DNA from: a virus
Lineage: Duplodnaviria > Heunggongvirae > Uroviricota > Caudoviricetes
Length of the DNA: 15,960 nucleotides
IMG/VR virus record: IMGVR_UViG_2802429240_000004
Coordinates: 1 to 15,960 of that record
Reading direction: 5' to 3' (one strand)
Below, piece after piece: positions 14,418 to 15,960 of this stretch. The notes under the pieces are model-generated. The model was not told the DNA's origin. It was given only the letters and a program-made list of their open reading frames with translations, and searched no databases. How positions within the stretch are numbered: position 1 is the stretch's first letter; the number at the start of each line of letters is the position of its first letter. The translations under genes were made by a program, and so were the position numbers.

Positions 14418-14717
14418 ATGTTCACACACGATATATATCCATCAAAAACGGGAAGAAGCGTACTCACTCTTGCATCCGAGCTTTCTGAGCTGGCAGCAGA
14501 GATGGCAAAAGATAAAGGCATTACACCAAAAGATGCACGTCTTGCACTGGAGCTGGCCAGCAGGGTGTCTGCTAACCCGAAAGAGACTCCAAATGATCTG
14601 ATTAAAAGAATGGCTGATGCCATGAAAAAAGTCAGTGAGATCGCAAAAGATCCAAAAGTTGAAAGTGCACTGGAAGATCTGCGGGCCGTAGCAAATGCGA
14701 TGATCGAGGAGATGTAA
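14418..14717 (+). CDS. Hypothetical helical protein (99 aa), first gene of the early-left operon
   Basis: Strong RBS AAGGGGAGAGG before the ATG. Lys/Glu/Ala-rich; not arginine-rich, so not an obvious lambda N homologue. Confidence 0.55.
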   Translation: MFTHDIYPSKTGRSVLTLASELSELAAEMAKDKGITPKDARLALELASRVSANPKETPNDLIKRMADAMKKVSEIAKDPKVESALEDLRAVANAMIEEM

Positions 14718-14747
14718 CCGGCACCACAGGGTGCCAGTCGGGGAAAA

Positions 14748-15026
14748 CTAGACAGAGCGGAATACTGGAATTTTCGACTGAGGACCATCTACTGGGCGTA
14801 TGCTTTCACGTAAGCGTGCATCGAGCCTGATAGCCTCTTCCGAATGCTCAATCTTATAACCCGACGAACACCTCATTGCTTGCAATTTCACGTCCAGATC
14901 AGGAAGAACGGCAAAACTACCATGATTTGGACAATGATAAATTTTCAAAAATTCGCGCTGTCCTTCAACTAAAGTCTGCACAGAAGATGTAGCCAAACAA
15001 ACAGGGCAGAGTGAAGTAATTACCAT
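14748..15026 (-). CDS. Small Cys-rich (zinc-ribbon-like) protein (92 aa)
   Basis: Internal ATG of track ORF 14748..15215 with AAGGA 8 nt upstream. Contains CPVC...HCPNHG. Convergent with the 99-aa gene; a GGCACC-acag-GGTGCC hairpin lies between them. Confidence 0.5.
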   Translation of the reverse strand: MVITSLCPVCLATSSVQTLVEGQREFLKIYHCPNHGSFAVLPDLDVKLQAMRCSSGYKIEHSEEAIRLDARLRESIRPVDGPQSKIPVFRSV

Positions 15027-15422
15027 ACTAAATTCCTTACTGGTTGTGTGAGAACTCCAGTATACCACCGAGCCTGAAGTGGTAAAAAGACAGGCGCACA
15101 ACACGAAAGCGCACGGAGGAGGTGTTTTTCCCTTAGAAGGCTTGTCGTTAAATTTCTTCGACCGTGCGCTTCCGGTTGTGAATAACAACATTGCTGTGTG
15201 TAGTCCTGGCGGCATCAGTTTTTTCTTGAAGTTCGGCTGATGTCCGCCCTCTTTTTAAAGTGAATTTTGTGATGCGGTGAATGCGGCTAAGCGCACGCGG
15301 AACAGTTAAAAGCGTAAGAGTTATGGGTGAAATACTCCGGCGTTAATTGTTAACTGGTTAACGTCACCTGGAGGCACCAGGCACCGCATCGACAAAATTC
15401 ATTTGTAAAAATGGAGATAATT

Positions 15423-15644
15423 ATGATTGCTCATCACTTCGGAACTGATGAAATACCACGTCAGTGTGTGACCCCTGGCGATTATGTTCTTCATGAAGGT
15501 CGGACATATATCGCCTCGGCAAACAATATCAAAAAGCGAAAACTTTATATTCGTAACCTGACCACAAAAACATGCATTACTGACTGCATGATTAAAGTCT
15601 TCCTCGGTCGTGATGGTTTACCTGTAAAGGCGGAGTCATGGTGA
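15423..15644 (+). CDS. Small hypothetical protein (73 aa; alternative start at 15411)
   Basis: GGAG 6 nt upstream of the ATG at 15423. AT-rich. Its stop overlaps the start of the next small ORF (TGATG). Confidence 0.45.
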   Translation: MIAHHFGTDEIPRQCVTPGDYVLHEGRTYIASANNIKKRKLYIRNLTTKTCITDCMIKVFLGRDGLPVKAESW

Positions 15645-15814
15645 TGACTAAGAAAATAAAATGTGCTTACCACCTTTGCAATAAAGGAATTGAAGAAAGC
15701 AAAAGCATTAAAAGACCACTTCATTTCATGCGTGGAGTTATACCAACGACGGAAATGAAAAAATATTGTAGTGAAAGTTGTGCCGAAAAAGACCAGATGG
15801 CACACGAACTTTAA
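15644..15814 (+). CDS. Small Cys/His-rich hypothetical protein (56 aa)
   Basis: Manual translation [56 protein letters not shown]. Translationally coupled to the preceding ORF. C-x4-C...C-x3-C spacing suggests a zinc ribbon. Confidence 0.4.
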   Translation: MTKKIKCAYHLCNKGIEESKSIKRPLHFMRGVIPTTEMKKYCSESCAEKDQMAHEL

Positions 15815-15887
15815 TTAACTGACTATTCGAAAGTGAATTTATGCCAGCAATGGCAGGGATTCGCTCAACCTTAATTAAGGAGAAAAA

Positions 15888-15960
15888 ATGATTACCAATT
15901 ATGAAGTCACTGTTGTAACTACCGATGACATTGTTCACGAGGTTAATCTGGAAGGAAAGC
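15888..15960 (+). CDS. Hypothetical protein, 5' fragment continuing past the window end
   Basis: AAGGAGA 7 nt upstream of the ATG at 15888; open frame MITNYEVTVVTTDDIVHEVNLEGK... with no stop before the window end. Confidence 0.35.
   Translation, partial: MITNYEVTVVTTDDIVHEVNLEGK

Noticed and set aside
13892-14788. ORFs 13892..14104 (-), 14144..14341 (+), 14399..14788 (-)
   Set aside because: Antisense to the repressor or the 99-aa gene, or spanning the terminator/operator intergenic region (14144..14341); no RBS.
15545-15938. Minus-strand ORFs 15545..15805 and 15738..15938
   Set aside because: Antisense to the coupled small plus-strand genes and the terminal partial gene; Phe-rich translations typical of AT-rich antisense frames.
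1-15960. tRNA genes, CRISPR arrays, IS elements, integrase or attachment sites
   Set aside because: No cloverleaf-like tRNA candidates, repeat-spacer arrays, terminal inverted repeats with transposase, or tyrosine/serine recombinase genes were recognisable by eye; integrase and att sites presumably lie outside this window.

Overview
This window reads as an internal segment of a lambdoid (Rac/Qin-like) enterobacterial prophage, with the phage rightward operon running on the minus strand. All calls rest on reading the translations and motifs by eye; no database search was run. From high to low coordinates: a small divergent early-left cluster (14418-15960); an immunity switch with an HTH repressor (13810-14217, +) divergent from a Cro-like gene, separated by an operator region with CTTAG-N6-CTAAG half-sites; a YdaT/CII-like gene; lambda O-like (DnaT-like C-terminus) and P-like replication genes; two hypothetical genes; then an AT-rich two-gene cassette on the opposite strand (6621-9514) encoding an OLD-family ABC-ATPase/TOPRIM-like protein and a C5-cytosine DNA methyltransferase, closed by a perfect palindromic terminator and flanked by a Hok-family type I toxin gene. 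Further down are nin-region genes, a Q-like antiterminator, an AT-rich membrane-protein moron, terminator hairpins ahead of the lysis genes, a lysis cassette (holin, second membrane protein, peptidase M15 endolysin, small lipoprotein), a ParB-like nuclease-domain gene and a 3'-truncated gene at the window edge. The ATPase-TOPRIM plus methyltransferase pair is the best candidate for an undescribed defence or restriction-modification-like module. No rRNA, tRNA, CRISPR array or IS element was recognised.
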